A stretch of DNA of 64,000 bases, taken from NCBI GenBank assembly GCA_051530055.1, contig CM121342.1, positions 13,965,480-14,029,479 of the forward strand. The letters run 5' to 3'. A program made the position numbers and the translations under genes. This DNA comes from Neoechinorhynchus agilis. Taxonomy: Eukaryota > Animalia > Acanthocephala. Positions 1 to 11,649 of the stretch are shown piece by piece. The notes below the pieces were generated by a model. It searched no databases. It was not told the DNA's origin and worked only from the letters and a program-made list of their open reading frames with translations. Numbering within the stretch: position 1 is the first letter of the stretch; each line of letters starts with the position of its first letter.

Positions 1-111
1 TTTCGAAGGTGAATACTAAGAAACCGACTAAAGATTTACTCAAATCGGATAGTGAAGCGACCACGAAGGAGAATCGGGTTTTGGTAGATTCCATCAGCAT
101 GCTAAACTCGA

Positions 112-3100
112 ATGAAGATTTGTTGGAAACGAATGGTTGTGGAGGAGTATAATATTGTGGTTGGGATAAAAAGTAACGATAGGAAAAACGAAAGCGATCC
201 AGCTGAAGTAATTACCATGAAAGCTACGGTCGAACAAAAGGTCGAAATAACACCTGAACGATTAGAAACAAGAGCAAAAGGAGGAAATCCGTCAAAATCA
301 ATCAACCCTTCGATTTATTTCGGTAATGATACGCCTTCTCCACCCAGGTCATCATCCCTCGTTGTTCTGAATTCGCCCCATCGCAACATGCGCTCCTACA
401 TCGAGGATAGAAATCGCAACATATTTATTTCTGGTATACCGGAAGCCCCTGTTACAAATCCTATCGCCGCTGATGCACACAACCGCCTGCCGAGATTGCC
501 AATCTTCAACCGCAACTTTCGGTGCTGTGCGAACGAGTCAATGAAGTATCTTAACACGATGCTCTATTCCTGATCAAGAACACTCTCTTCATTCCAAAAC
601 TGCTGTATAAGCTGCGCACAGTACCTTTCTGTAGACACAAGAAAAGCTGGCAAAATTAGACGATACTGTAAAAGCCTCTCTCGATAAAATTTTAAATATT
701 CAGCTGTCAGAGGAGGCCTAGCGTCAAGCGTCCTTGCCTGTGTCGTCCGGCGGTTTGGTACCCTAAATGCAGTAGACATTTCTCTGCCAGCTTATTTAGG
801 GTCTAATGAAGCAAGGCGCAAAATTGTTCAGTGTTTTCTTGGCGAGGATTATAGGTTGGATGGAGATTTAAATCATCAGTTATGCGCATTCCTTCAAAAA
901 TCCCTTTAGTCCGAGACAACGTTTCCTCAAGGTAACTTTTATTTCACCACTCGCAGCCTCCTTTCTTAACAGGAGATACAAACTTCTCACATCACACTTT
1001 CTTTTCGTCTCATCACAAAATCTTTCCACCGGCCCTCCATACTCAACCCAGAACTCATCTTCCCGTGTAACCCGTCAATCTTATCAAAAACCCGCGAACA
1101 TCTCCCGCATTCCAAAAAATGGAGAATAAGCGACTTCCCATTTTTTTGATTACGTGGAACAACACCGGTGCCCGAACAACCACAAAGGTCAATCTACTAG
1201 TCCTTCCACATTAAATACTCTTTTTTTCCCGAACCAAGTAAATAATTATCTCTCTACCCCTACTCAAAATCACCATAAATCGGCCCATCCAAACGTAGCT
1301 GATCCATGCGAAGTCCCAACCCTAAACTCATTTCTATCATTACCATTCACTCATACCAACTCAAATTTTCGAGTCGCCCCCGAACTTCTCTCTCTGGGAT
1401 AATCAATCGTTCTCTGTCGGCATCCCGTAACGATTCCTCCCTTAACATACCACCCGCAACGAACAATGCAACCCCAATCTCAGTCACTTCCTTCCTCGAT
1501 ATCCCGAAATCCAAAATTCCCTTCCCCACCGTTTTCTACTCCAATACTCGTAGCCTCCTTCCTAAACTCGATGAAATTTCAATCATTTCATCTACATCAA
1601 AAGTCAACGTAGTCATCTTAACAGAAACGTGGCTTACCAACTTAAACAGCGATTCATCCATCCTTCCTGGGTACTCTTCCTTCCAAACATGCCGCGATGA
1701 CCGTCTAGGGGGTCTCAGTTTACGTACGACAATCGCTACTTTACTCTTTATGTCTCACAGACTCTCTCCAAAACTCCGATTTAAAATTCATCGCAGTTCA
1801 TTTCATAGCTCCTCTGAGAAACGACCTTAGAGAATTCACCATTGCTGACGTCTATCGCCCTCCGGCCTCCCGACCTGAGTCCTGCTTGCTCCAAATTGAC
1901 TGTATGATGGAGCTCATAAACTCCACAAATTCTCACCATTTCTTAATTGCAGGGGACTTCAATAATCTATTTCCTCTCCTACCCTTCTCCGAGTTGCGTC
2001 GACTTATTGACTTCCCAACTCGTCTTGACGCTCAACTCGACAAAGTGTTCACAAATATCGACGCCTACTCATCCGCCTCTAGACTCCCTCCCCCCGCGAA
2101 CTCTGACTATTCCTCTGCCCTTATAACTCCCTTAACTCCACATCAGCGTATGAAATCTCCCCGTTTTCCCGTCTGGGATAAACGTGTAAAAAATTATTCA
2201 ACTCGAACATCTTCAAATCCCACTCTGACAACACAAATAACCCTTCCTTGGCCATGTCCTGCCTAACCTCAATCATAGAAAATTCCCTAGCTTCGGCAAT
2301 TCCCAAGAATTTCATTAGGATCTCCAACCGCGACCCTCCATGGATAACCTCAATTCTGAAACTTATACAAAGGCAAGCTTCTAAGGTCTACCGCAATAAC
2401 TCCATAGACTCTCCCCGTTTACAAAAAGCACTAACTAACAAAATACTTATCGACCGCAAAAACTTTCTTTCCTTTAAAATTCGATCAGGTTACAACTCAA
2501 CATCATGACGGGCTGTCAAGGACTCCATTGGTCTACGTCACCCGGATCCCTTCCCTAATTTGTCCTCCACTGAACTAAACAGGTTCTAGATTCCATTAAC
2601 CAGAACCTTTGCTCTGACTCAATATACAATCACTGCTCAACATCAGTCACCGCACAATCTTCCACGTCCACACCCGAAACTTTTGTCAACTCGCCGATAC
2701 TCCCCTTAGTTTCATCATATGAAGTACTAAAGTATCTCATGAAATTAGTTAAACATTCGTCCTCTCAATCCGAAATCCCAAACTGGGCTCTTCGCTGCAT
2801 CATCTCCGAACTTCTTGACCCTCTTACCAACATTATAAACCTTAGCTTTTTATGTGGCACCTACCCCTCGTGCCTGAAAACTGCCAAAGTTATACTCGTT
2901 CCAAAAAACGAATCCCATTTCGGCCGAATCATTCCCTCCAATTTCCATTCTACCAGCTCTTTCAAAAATCATCGAAAAATGTTTTAAATCTAGCCTTGTT
3001 TCACTTCACGAAAAATTATAGCCACTACAATTTCGCTTCCGACCCGAATTTTCTGCTAGCGATACCCTACTTTGAATTTATGACACGCTTCTACGTAACA

Positions 3101-4333
3101 TCGACAATAATCCCTTCCACGTCACCCGTCTCATTCAACTTGATTTATCTTAAGTATTCGACTCAGTGGAGCATTAACTCCTTCTCCGGGCCTGCACCGA
3201 TTTTGGTCTCAACTTGTGGCAGATCCACTGGCTCGAATCTTATCTTCACAATCGCAAACAATACATTCACTGCCGTTATACTTCAACCTTTTAGGTGGTG
3301 TGCTGTCATCACTTCTATTTAATATTTTTAAACAATCTCAGACCTCTCCTCTCAGTCGAAACTCTTCTTATACGCCGACGATATTACCATTATCACCCAT
3401 TCACCACCCCACCTCTTCCTTTCTTTAACCTCTAAAGAAATCACGCACATAAAAGATTTCTGCACCAATCAAAAACTCGTCCTGAATTTCTCTAATTGCT
3501 TCGAAATGATCCCCTCTCCTTCGCAACTCCACATCATCCTCTGAGCTTCTAAATGACATCCTACAAGTAACCTCCCTGAGAATTCTGGGTATCCAATTTC
3601 AATCAAATTTGAAATGGGACTCGCACATCACTCTCTCCCTCAAGCACAACACTTTTAAAATTTATCTTCTCAACCGCCTCAGACATTTAGGAATCCCTTC
3701 ACCCGACCTCTACAAATTTTACTTCTGCCTTATTTTACCTTCCCTTATTTACAGTAATCCCGTATGTTGCAACCTTTCCAAATCTCAAATCCGCCGTCTT
3801 GAAATTCTTCATAAAAGAGCGTCTAAAATTTGCACAGCTGACTTTCCCCCACTCACCGAATGCCTTGATGCTATTTTCATAAAACAATAAAAACGCCTAT
3901 CAACCCTACCACCACAATTTCTTTTACATATCGCTCCCTTTTCACACGAGTACAACACTCGTAATCCTAATTCGTTTCACTCTAGTATACCTCGCACATC
4001 CCTATATCTACGCTTCTTTTTCCATGCTGCCCAGTCTTCTCGGATAACCTGAAATGATATTGAGGAAAGACCAACCTTACAAGCGCTCCTGCAAACAATA
4101 TCCGTCAATTCCCACGATAACGGATATCACATTCCCCGGTACCTCACATATCGACATAACAAAACCTGATATTCCCACCCGAACGGACATTCCCGACCGG
4201 AAATTCCCACTCGAACGGACATCCCCACCCAAACGGACATACAAAAAACAAAATATCTGTGTGTTTATGAGGACCCAAAAGCACATGGGCCCTCTTCTTT
4301 GTGAATCAACAAATAAAACGTGTTATTATTAAG
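112..4333 (+). mobile_element. Decayed near-full-length L2/CR1-group non-LTR retrotransposon (ORF1, APE-RT ORF2, 3' UTR with TTA tail)
   Basis: ORF1-like DRNRNIFISGIPE. APE motifs YSNTRSL...VILTETWL, IAGDFN and PTR..QLDKVFTN. RT LFLYADDIT at about 3365-3385. C-terminal LKWDSHI...IYLLNRLRHLG. 3' end reads gtgtttatgaggaccc...ggg...aaataaaacgtgttattatt. Many frameshifts and stops. Confidence 0.9.
513..870 (+). mobile_element. CRE-clade non-LTR retrotransposon fragment (RT C-terminal region) nested in the L2 ORF1
   Basis: Translates as HDALFLIKNTLFIPKLLYKLRT...QASLPVSSGGL/GTLNAVDISLPAYLGS. It resembles 12349-12573 at protein level and 31075-31227 at DNA level. Confidence 0.75.
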
Positions 4334-4962
4334 AAAAATAAGCAAAAGAAAAGAATAAATTCCATCCAAGACCTACTTTGGAAACTGAGTTGAGGCGGCT
4401 AGGGCTTTTTATCAAACAAATAAATCTTCAAACGAAAAAATAGTGTTTTAAACCTTTTTTAATCGTCTTAAAATAACTAAGTATAGGTAACTTTTGTTGA
4501 ATACAATTGAAGTGGGAAAACATTTATCCTTCTCGATTCAGTAATTCAATACTATGACGAATTAGGTAGTCGATAAAGTCACGAGCCTTCAAATATTTAC
4601 TAATTGGCATTCATCTATGGTTCAAACGGCCCTAAAAGCTATCCGCTTAAAATGACATTTGAACTTAGTATCGAAAAGCACAATTAATAAAATCTAATAA
4701 TTAAAAAGATTAATTTTCTATCGAAATGTTCGATTATTTAAAAGCACTAAGGATTCTGAACTTAATGATACACGTCAAGCTGTAAATTAATAAAGTCGAA
4801 AAATTAAAAGGATATTGATTTTCTCTCAAAATGTTCGATTATTAAAAAAGATATTGGGGCAATGTAATGTCATGAGAATAAAAATTTTATCCTAAGATTG
4901 TGAATTACCACTCACTAGAGAATCATTTTGATCAAGAACTAATTATTTCTCTTTTAAGACGG

Positions 4963-5705
4963 TCAAAACAAACGAAGTTTAGCAGCCAACTTTGCGCCAT
5001 AGTAGAAGGCAGTTCCTATCAGAATGGCATCGGATATGGCGAGGCATCCGACGAATGCTTTAAGATGTCTATCGAGCGAGTTATACTCGGCACTGATATC
5101 ATGAAGTTCCTGTCTTCGTTGGCGTGCATTCTCGTCGCTTCCATCAATGTTTTCTTCACGTTCGAAATCCTTGAATTCCCTGACATAGTGAATTACGCGT
5201 TGATTAACGTAAGTGAGGCTGAATAAAGAGCTTGCCAATTGAGCAAATAAAGAGCCTGCAACGAGAGCGTTGGTCTCACTCCAAGTGTTCATTGGATGCA
5301 GGAGTGTATAAGTGGCCACGGTCGCAAATGAGCTGATCGAAATGAACGAGTAGTAACATGAAAAGAATGTTTCAACATCGTCGGTATCCTTTGTGAGTAG
5401 CTTTGCGGACCAGTTACATGGATAATCAAAGAAATTGACCCAAACGGATGTCCCGGATGTGAAGGCGAATCCCATCAGATGGACGGCACTAAGGGTTCGA
5501 CTGGGCCAAACTGGTTCTTGTCGGGCGAGGCAAGCCACAGTACCAGCGGTTATACCAGCAGCCAACAAGTATCGAGGATTTGCATACCTTTAAAGAATGT
5601 GCGAACTTATCCTAAGCATGAGAAATGAACTCACTTTGATTTAGGCCAGTATTTTTCGTAGAGTCCGCACCCTCCTGCACTGCATTTGCTTTGGCAGACA
5701 CCCAT
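4963..5705 (-). CDS. TMEM205-like (DUF4149) membrane protein, probably 2 exons (predicted intron 5588-5634)
   Basis: Hydrophobic segments AVHLMGFAFTSGTSVWVNF, FFSCYYSFISIS and LASSLFSLTYVNQRVI, plus an acidic loop and a YNSLDRHL tail, follow the TMEM205 layout. A 47-nt GTGAGT...AAAG intron joins an upstream MGVCQSKC exon in frame. Confidence 0.6.
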
Positions 5706-6055
5706 CTTTGGAATAGGAGGAAGGAAGAGCGTTGGCGGTTCGTGTGAGGAAAGCGAGAAAGAAGGCGAGCGAGAAATGCATAATGGTGACGGCATTCGAG
5801 TTTGAAAGATGGTCTTTTGTCATTCCTTAGAACTCTACGGTTGTTTGTTCGGCTTATAAATGTTCAAAATAAAACGTTATGGAGTATTGCAAAAAGGTGA
5901 GAGAGAGAGAAGCCAATGTTGTAAATGTTTTGAAGAGAAATGGAATTTCCACTTCCAAACATGGTAATAAAAACAAAGAGAAGGGTAGTTTTGCTTTGTC
6001 CAATAGCTGTTTTTATGCAATAAACAGTGGTCGCCATTAAGTTGTCCAGTTCTGA

Positions 6056-8288
6056 TTAGGCATAAACGTGTATCCACTTTCTGGGTGTAATTTCAAATGT
6101 TGGCAAATGGGTATTGAATCTTGGTATCAAATAGTTCCATCGTTTGCTTAGATCTCCAATATCGTAAACCCGCGGTTCATGAATCGAAGGCTCAATTATT
6201 CTAAATGTATTGTTTGTCCATTTTGACCTAATCATAAAGCATTGATTTGTAAGACACCATCGTCTGAACAAATCCGGACAGTCAAGACGATCCATGTGAT
6301 CTCGGAATCGGTCGTAGGTTACGAAATGAACATTTGACTTGCGTTCATGCATACAAGCATACAAAATAAATATGTCGTCCAAACTTCGATTATTCGTATT
6401 GAACGTATCAATCGATTGGTATTTTAGACAGCCAGTAGAGAAGGATACCCGTGTAAAATCTATCGACTGTACATTGGAAATCGGTCGCCTATTACTTGTC
6501 GAACCATCTTCTTACTTACTCTTAAATGATCTTTACACACGAAAAGAATAAGATTGAACCTTTGAAGAAGACTCGTGCAGATCGCAGAAACTGTTTCTGG
6601 ATTGCTAATTGTTCGATATCCAGTTGTGTGATCTCTTAAAGCGTAGGCAACGTTTGACACGTCGACAACAATATCGTAGGCGTTTTTATGAAATCCGGAT
6701 TTTATGAACGCGTCCATATCTCCACCAAATAGACTTTTATCTTCGGTCGAACAGTTGATGATGTTGGAGAAAATGCTGGAACGTAGCGCGGAGTACTCGT
6801 CTGTATTTATGACACCGGTATTAAGCCATAAAGGGTTCCTTTCAGAAGAGTATTACAATGCCGCTGGCTACTCTCGTCCAGAAAACTTGGTTGCGGTGCA
6901 CAGCCGAAACTGTTTTGAAATTAACTATCATCGAGTTCACATAGCAGACAAATTCGTAGTACTCAACGTAAAGAAGACAGTTTTCACCATGCGGGTTAAA
7001 CAAATGAGATTTTTTTACCCAAAAAGTCTTCTGATGACAATAGATGGATCACCTAAAAAAGTACCGATGTAGCAGAAATACTAAATGCAGTCTGGAAAGC
7101 GTCTGATTCCGATATAAGGGCTCAAGAAGTATTCCCTTTTGATGTATGCTGATAGACATGATGTAAAACGGAGAAATTCCTCACGTGGAAACCATTTGCG
7201 AGCTACACATCAGTACGCCGAAATGAGGTTGTGTGCTAGAGCAAGACGAAGAATTCGTGCAAGTTCTGTCAACATCTCCTAAGTAACGGACCCCGTTTCC
7301 TAATAGTTAATATTTCGCATACACATAAAATTCTTTATAATGAGATTCTTAAAAAAAACAGAATGATAAATTTCCGTTAGAGACTGAACACCGGGTGTCT
7401 AGATGACAATCAGGCAATTTTCGGTACTCATTTTGGATCTTATAAACACCATCGGATCTAACAGTAATCTCCTGTACACGAGCGCCAAAACTTTGAGCCA
7501 TTAATAAAATTGCATCGATGTTTTGGGCACTTGGGAGCTGTTTAGATTTCTCCATCATTTTTAGAAATGTTCCTAGTTGATCGATTGTCTTCAAACTCAT
7601 TATTACCCTATGTACGACATCTCGTAGACTATCAGAAGGGCTTACATAGCCGAGAAAATCAAGAGCATCATGTCAGCAGTGATTTAAAGCATTTTCCTTG
7701 GTCTGTTCCGCCTTCAGAAAATCACTGACCTACATCGCCATGGTCTAGACATCCATTTAGACTGGCAATAAGCACTTCATTCGATCCATTTTGTTTCAGA
7801 GATGTCATATACTCTCCAGCAAGTCCCAGCCGGAACAATGCTCTAAACAAATCACCGTCCCGCAACAAATGTCCCGTTTGCGACACTTGTGATGCATATT
7901 CACGCAGCAGGTCTCGCCTTTCTTCAACTCCGCCCACTTGGGAACATAATGACAAATACTTTTTCATCAATGTTTGACTTTTGGGACGCTGCCCAAGATA
8001 TGCGATTAGGTCGTCCGCACTAATCAGACAACGAGCGGCTTCACAAGCACCCATCGCCAATGAGTCAAACACTGCAGTCACCTTCTCGGGTACTTTACTC
8101 TCAATAACCGACCACTGGGATACTCTAACGGGCTCTCGATCCAATAAGATTTGTTTACGAAGGAGATCAGAAAATATTCGTCCAGTCTGTCGAGATTTGG
8201 GCAACTGAAAGTAAGGTGAATTCAGGAAAGCTTCAACGTTGATGAAGCGGTATTGTTGGAGTAAAAGTTCTCGAATTGGGGAAAGCAT
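6056..8288 (-). CDS. PRORP: Proteinaceous mitochondrial RNase P catalytic subunit (PRORP/MRPP3-like), multi-exon
   Basis: NYN domain: DEYSALRSSIFSNII, YDIVVDVSNVAY, SLDDIFILYACMH, HFVTYDRFRDH, LFRRW and FEITPRKW all match PRORP motifs. A 53-nt intron (6467-6519) restores the frame. Upstream ORFs 7349-7600 and 7722-8288 are assigned as the N-terminal region by position only; those junctions are unresolved. Confidence 0.8.
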
Positions 8289-8509
8289 CTTGAATGTATA
8301 GGGCGCTTTTTTAAGTCACAGAAGATCAAACCTTCAAAACTTTACAATAAAAAGATTACATCGGCGGTTCAACGTTTTTCTAAGGTTGCGAAACGGCAAA
8401 CAACAAAAAGAGGCAATGAAGAACCACTAAACTTGCAAATCCATCGATAAAAAGTTCTAGAAATTAATCGGCAAATCAGCTCAAAAAAATAACATCAGAG
8501 ACACGACCA

Positions 8510-8600
8510 ATTAGAAGTGTGTTTTATAGAAGCGTCAACCGGTAAAAAAATCGATTATAAACGTTCTGCGAACATCGTCGAGATCATCATCAGTTTGTTT
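8510..8600 (-). repeat. Penelope pLTR-like arm with a degenerate hammerhead motif, inverted relative to the adjacent array
   Basis: Reverse complement reads aaacaaaCTGATGAtgatctcgacgatgttcGCAGAACGTttataatcg..., homologous to 25453-25664 and 63396-63475. Confidence 0.7.
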
Positions 8601-8603
8601 CCG

Positions 8604-10785
8604 AACTGTTTATGAAAACACTTTTCGTGGTTCGCAGAATGTCTTTAATCTAAAATATTATTTACTGGGTGAAGACTTCTAAACACAATAATTCGCTAGT
8701 TATATAATCCCTTCCCTCCCGCGGTACCTCCTCACATATCGACATTTTTAAAAATGCGAGCCATTTAACTGATTGAATTTGTTTTTCCATGCTTTTAGAA
8801 TAAAATTCTTTTTACTGTTCAAAAGAAGAAAACATACAAACAACCTCGTAGAAAGGCACACGATTGTGCTTCCGAAATATCAGATACAATAGGTATATTC
8901 CTTATATTTTCCGCCATAAAAATTTATTGGTCGTTATATCAAAAAATGCAGAAAAGTGAGGAGGTACCGAGGACTATATAATTAGAGAATTATTGTTTAG
9001 AAGTCTTTAACCCGGTTAACAAACTGTTTATGAAAACACTTTTCGTGGTTCGCAGAACGTCTTTAATCTAAAATATTATTTACTGGGTGAAGACTTCTAA
9101 ACACAATAATTCGCTAGTTATATAATCCCTTCCCTCCCGCGGTACCTCCTCACATATCGACATTTTGAAAAATGAGAGCCATTTAACTGATTGAATTTGT
9201 TTTTCCATGCTTTTAGAATAAAATTCTTTTTACTGTTCAAAAGAAGAAAACATACAAACAACCTCGTAGAAAGGCACACGATTGTGCTTCCGAAATATCA
9301 GATACAATAGGTATATTCCTTATATTTTCCGCCATAAAAATTTATTGGTCGTTATATCAAAAAATGCAGAAAAGTGAGGAGGTACCGAGGACTATATAAT
9401 TAGAGAATTATTGTTTAGAAGTCTTTAACCCGGTTAACAAACTGTTTATGAAAACACTTTTCGTGGTTCGCAGAACGTCTTTAATCTAAAATATTATTTA
9501 CTGGGTGAAGACTTCTAAACACAATAATTCTCTAGTTATATAATCCCTTCCCTCCCGCGGTACCTCCTCACATATCGACATTTTGAAAAATGAGAGCCAT
9601 TTAACTGATTGAATTTGTTTTTCCATGCTTTTAGAATAAAATTCTTTTTACTGTTCAAAAGAAGAAAACATACAAACAACCTCGTAGAAAGGCACACGAT
9701 TGTGCTTCCGAAATATCAGATACAATAGGTATATTCCTTATATTTTCCGCCATAAAAATTTATTGGTCGTTATATCAAAAAATGCAGAAAAGTGAGGAGG
9801 TACCGAGGACTATATAATTAGAGAATTATTGTTTAGAAGTCTTTAACCCGGTTAACAAACTGTTTATGAAAACACTTTTCGTGGTTCGCAGAACGTCTTT
9901 AATCTAAAATATTATTTACTGGGTGAAGACTTCTAAACACAATAATTCGCTAGTTATATAATCCCTTCCCTCCCGCGGTACCTCCTCACATATCGACATT
10001 TTGAAAAATGAGAGCCATTTAACTGATTGAATTTGTTTTTCCATGCTTTTAGAATAAAATTCTTTTTACTGTTCAAAAGAAGAAAACATACAAACAACCT
10101 CGTAGAAAGGCACACGATTGTGCTTCCGAAATATCAGATACAATAGGTATATTCCTTATATTTTCCGCCATAAAAATTTATTGGTCGTTATATCAAAAAA
10201 TGCAGAAAAGTGAGGAGGTACCGAGGACTATATAATTAGAGAATTATTGTTTAGAAGTCTTTAACCCGGTTAACAAACTGTTTATGAAAACACTTTTCGT
10301 GGTTCGCAGAACGTCTTTAATCTAAAATATTATTTACTGGGTGAAGACTTCTAAACACAATAATTCTCTAGTTATATAATCCCTTCCCTCCCGCGGTACC
10401 TCCTCACATATCGACATTTTGAAAAATGAGAGCCATTTAACTGATTGAATTTGTTTTTCCATGCTTTTAGAATAAAATTCTTTTTACTGTTCAAAAGAAG
10501 AAAACATACAAACAACCTCGTAGAAAGGCACACGATTGTGCTTCCGAAATATCAGATACAATAGGTATATTCCTTATATTTTCCGCCATAAAAATTTATT
10601 GGTCGTTATATCAAAAAATGCAGAAAAGTGAGGAGGTACCGAGGATTATATAATTAGAGAATTATTGTTTAGAAGTCTTTAACCCGGTTAACAAACTGTT
10701 TATGAAAACACTTTTCGTGGTTCGCAGAACGTCTTTAATCTAAAATATTATTTACTGGGTGAAGACTTCTAAACACAATAATTCT
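8604..10785 (+). repeat. Tandem array of about 5.2 copies of a 418-bp unit, each with an internal imperfect inverted repeat
   Basis: The anchor cccggttaac recurs at 9011, 9429, 9847, 10265 and 10683 (418-bp period), and units differ at only a few sites. In unit 1, 8664-8735 and 8956-9016 are imperfect inverted repeats. Confidence 0.97.
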
Positions 10786-10788
10786 AAT

Positions 10789-11155
10789 TTTTCGCTCAGC
10801 GAAAAAAACGTCACTGTATTATTCTTTTCGTTCAACGTCGTGTCGTACCGAAATATTGGAATCAATAAATTCTTTCAATTTTCACGACAAATGCGAACAA
10901 ATATTGTTCATATTTTGTAATGGTACAATAAATTATCTATTGAATCCGATATTTCGGAAGCACAATCGTGTGCGCAGGGCATAAAACATAAGCTACCTTC
11001 TAGAAAGACACACGATTGAGCTTCCGCAATATCGGATTCAATAGATAATTTATTGTACCATTACAATATATGAATTTCTTTGTCGAAAACTAAAGATTTA
11101 AAGAATCGATGTTTTTGTGACGTTTCTCACCCGGGTGAGAAACGTCACAAAAACA
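10789..11155. mobile_element. Non-autonomous fold-back element (MITE- or Helentron-associated-like) with terminal hairpins
   Basis: Central inverted repeat 10915-10972 / 11009-11066. Left end ttttcgct-c-agcgaaaa followed by aaacgtcac. Right end is a perfect 46-bp palindrome at 11110-11155 containing gtgacgttt. Confidence 0.6.
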
Positions 11156-11649
11156 ATCATGCTATCCACCCAAGGCAACAACTTGACTTTATTTAAAGAA
11201 TCAATTTCCAAAAGAACTGGGTAATTTCGGCGATTGAACCTTTATGAAAACAAGATCAATACAATGAAATAATGTAGCGAACCCACAAATACCCATCTAT
11301 ACTCAGAATACTCACTAGAAACACTTCATCGAACAATTCCACGCTTAAACGAAATTCTGGATGAGAGCCAAGGAAACTCGAGAAGTTTCTTGTTCTTTCG
11401 AGTTTTGACCTACTGACGACGTTGAGACTTTCATAAGAGGCACCGAGGATCTGCCGCTCCGTTTGCCTCGTCATTGTTGTGGTTTGGGCAGCCGAAAAGA
11501 CTTTACCGGGTTTTTTTGTGTTGAAAAAGCTCCGTGACAGTCATCTGACAATCATTTTGTTCGGTCAAGATAAAAAATGTTTTAGAGATTTAAATTTTTT
11601 TTGTTTTTTTAATGAGACAAAGTTTATATTAAAAAGGCGCTACAAATTT

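Noticed and set aside
6704-7072. Independent plus-strand gene
   Set aside because: Its 5' part is antisense to clear PRORP coding sequence and it has no recognisable motif, so it is treated as a shadow ORF.
7660-7680. Selenocysteine or readthrough TGA in PRORP
   Set aside because: It depends on a guessed 22-nt intron, I saw no SECIS, and PRORP is not a known selenoprotein. An unresolved splice or indel is simpler.
8604-10785. CRISPR array
   Set aside because: Whole 418-bp units repeat with no unique spacers, there are no cas genes, and the context is eukaryotic.
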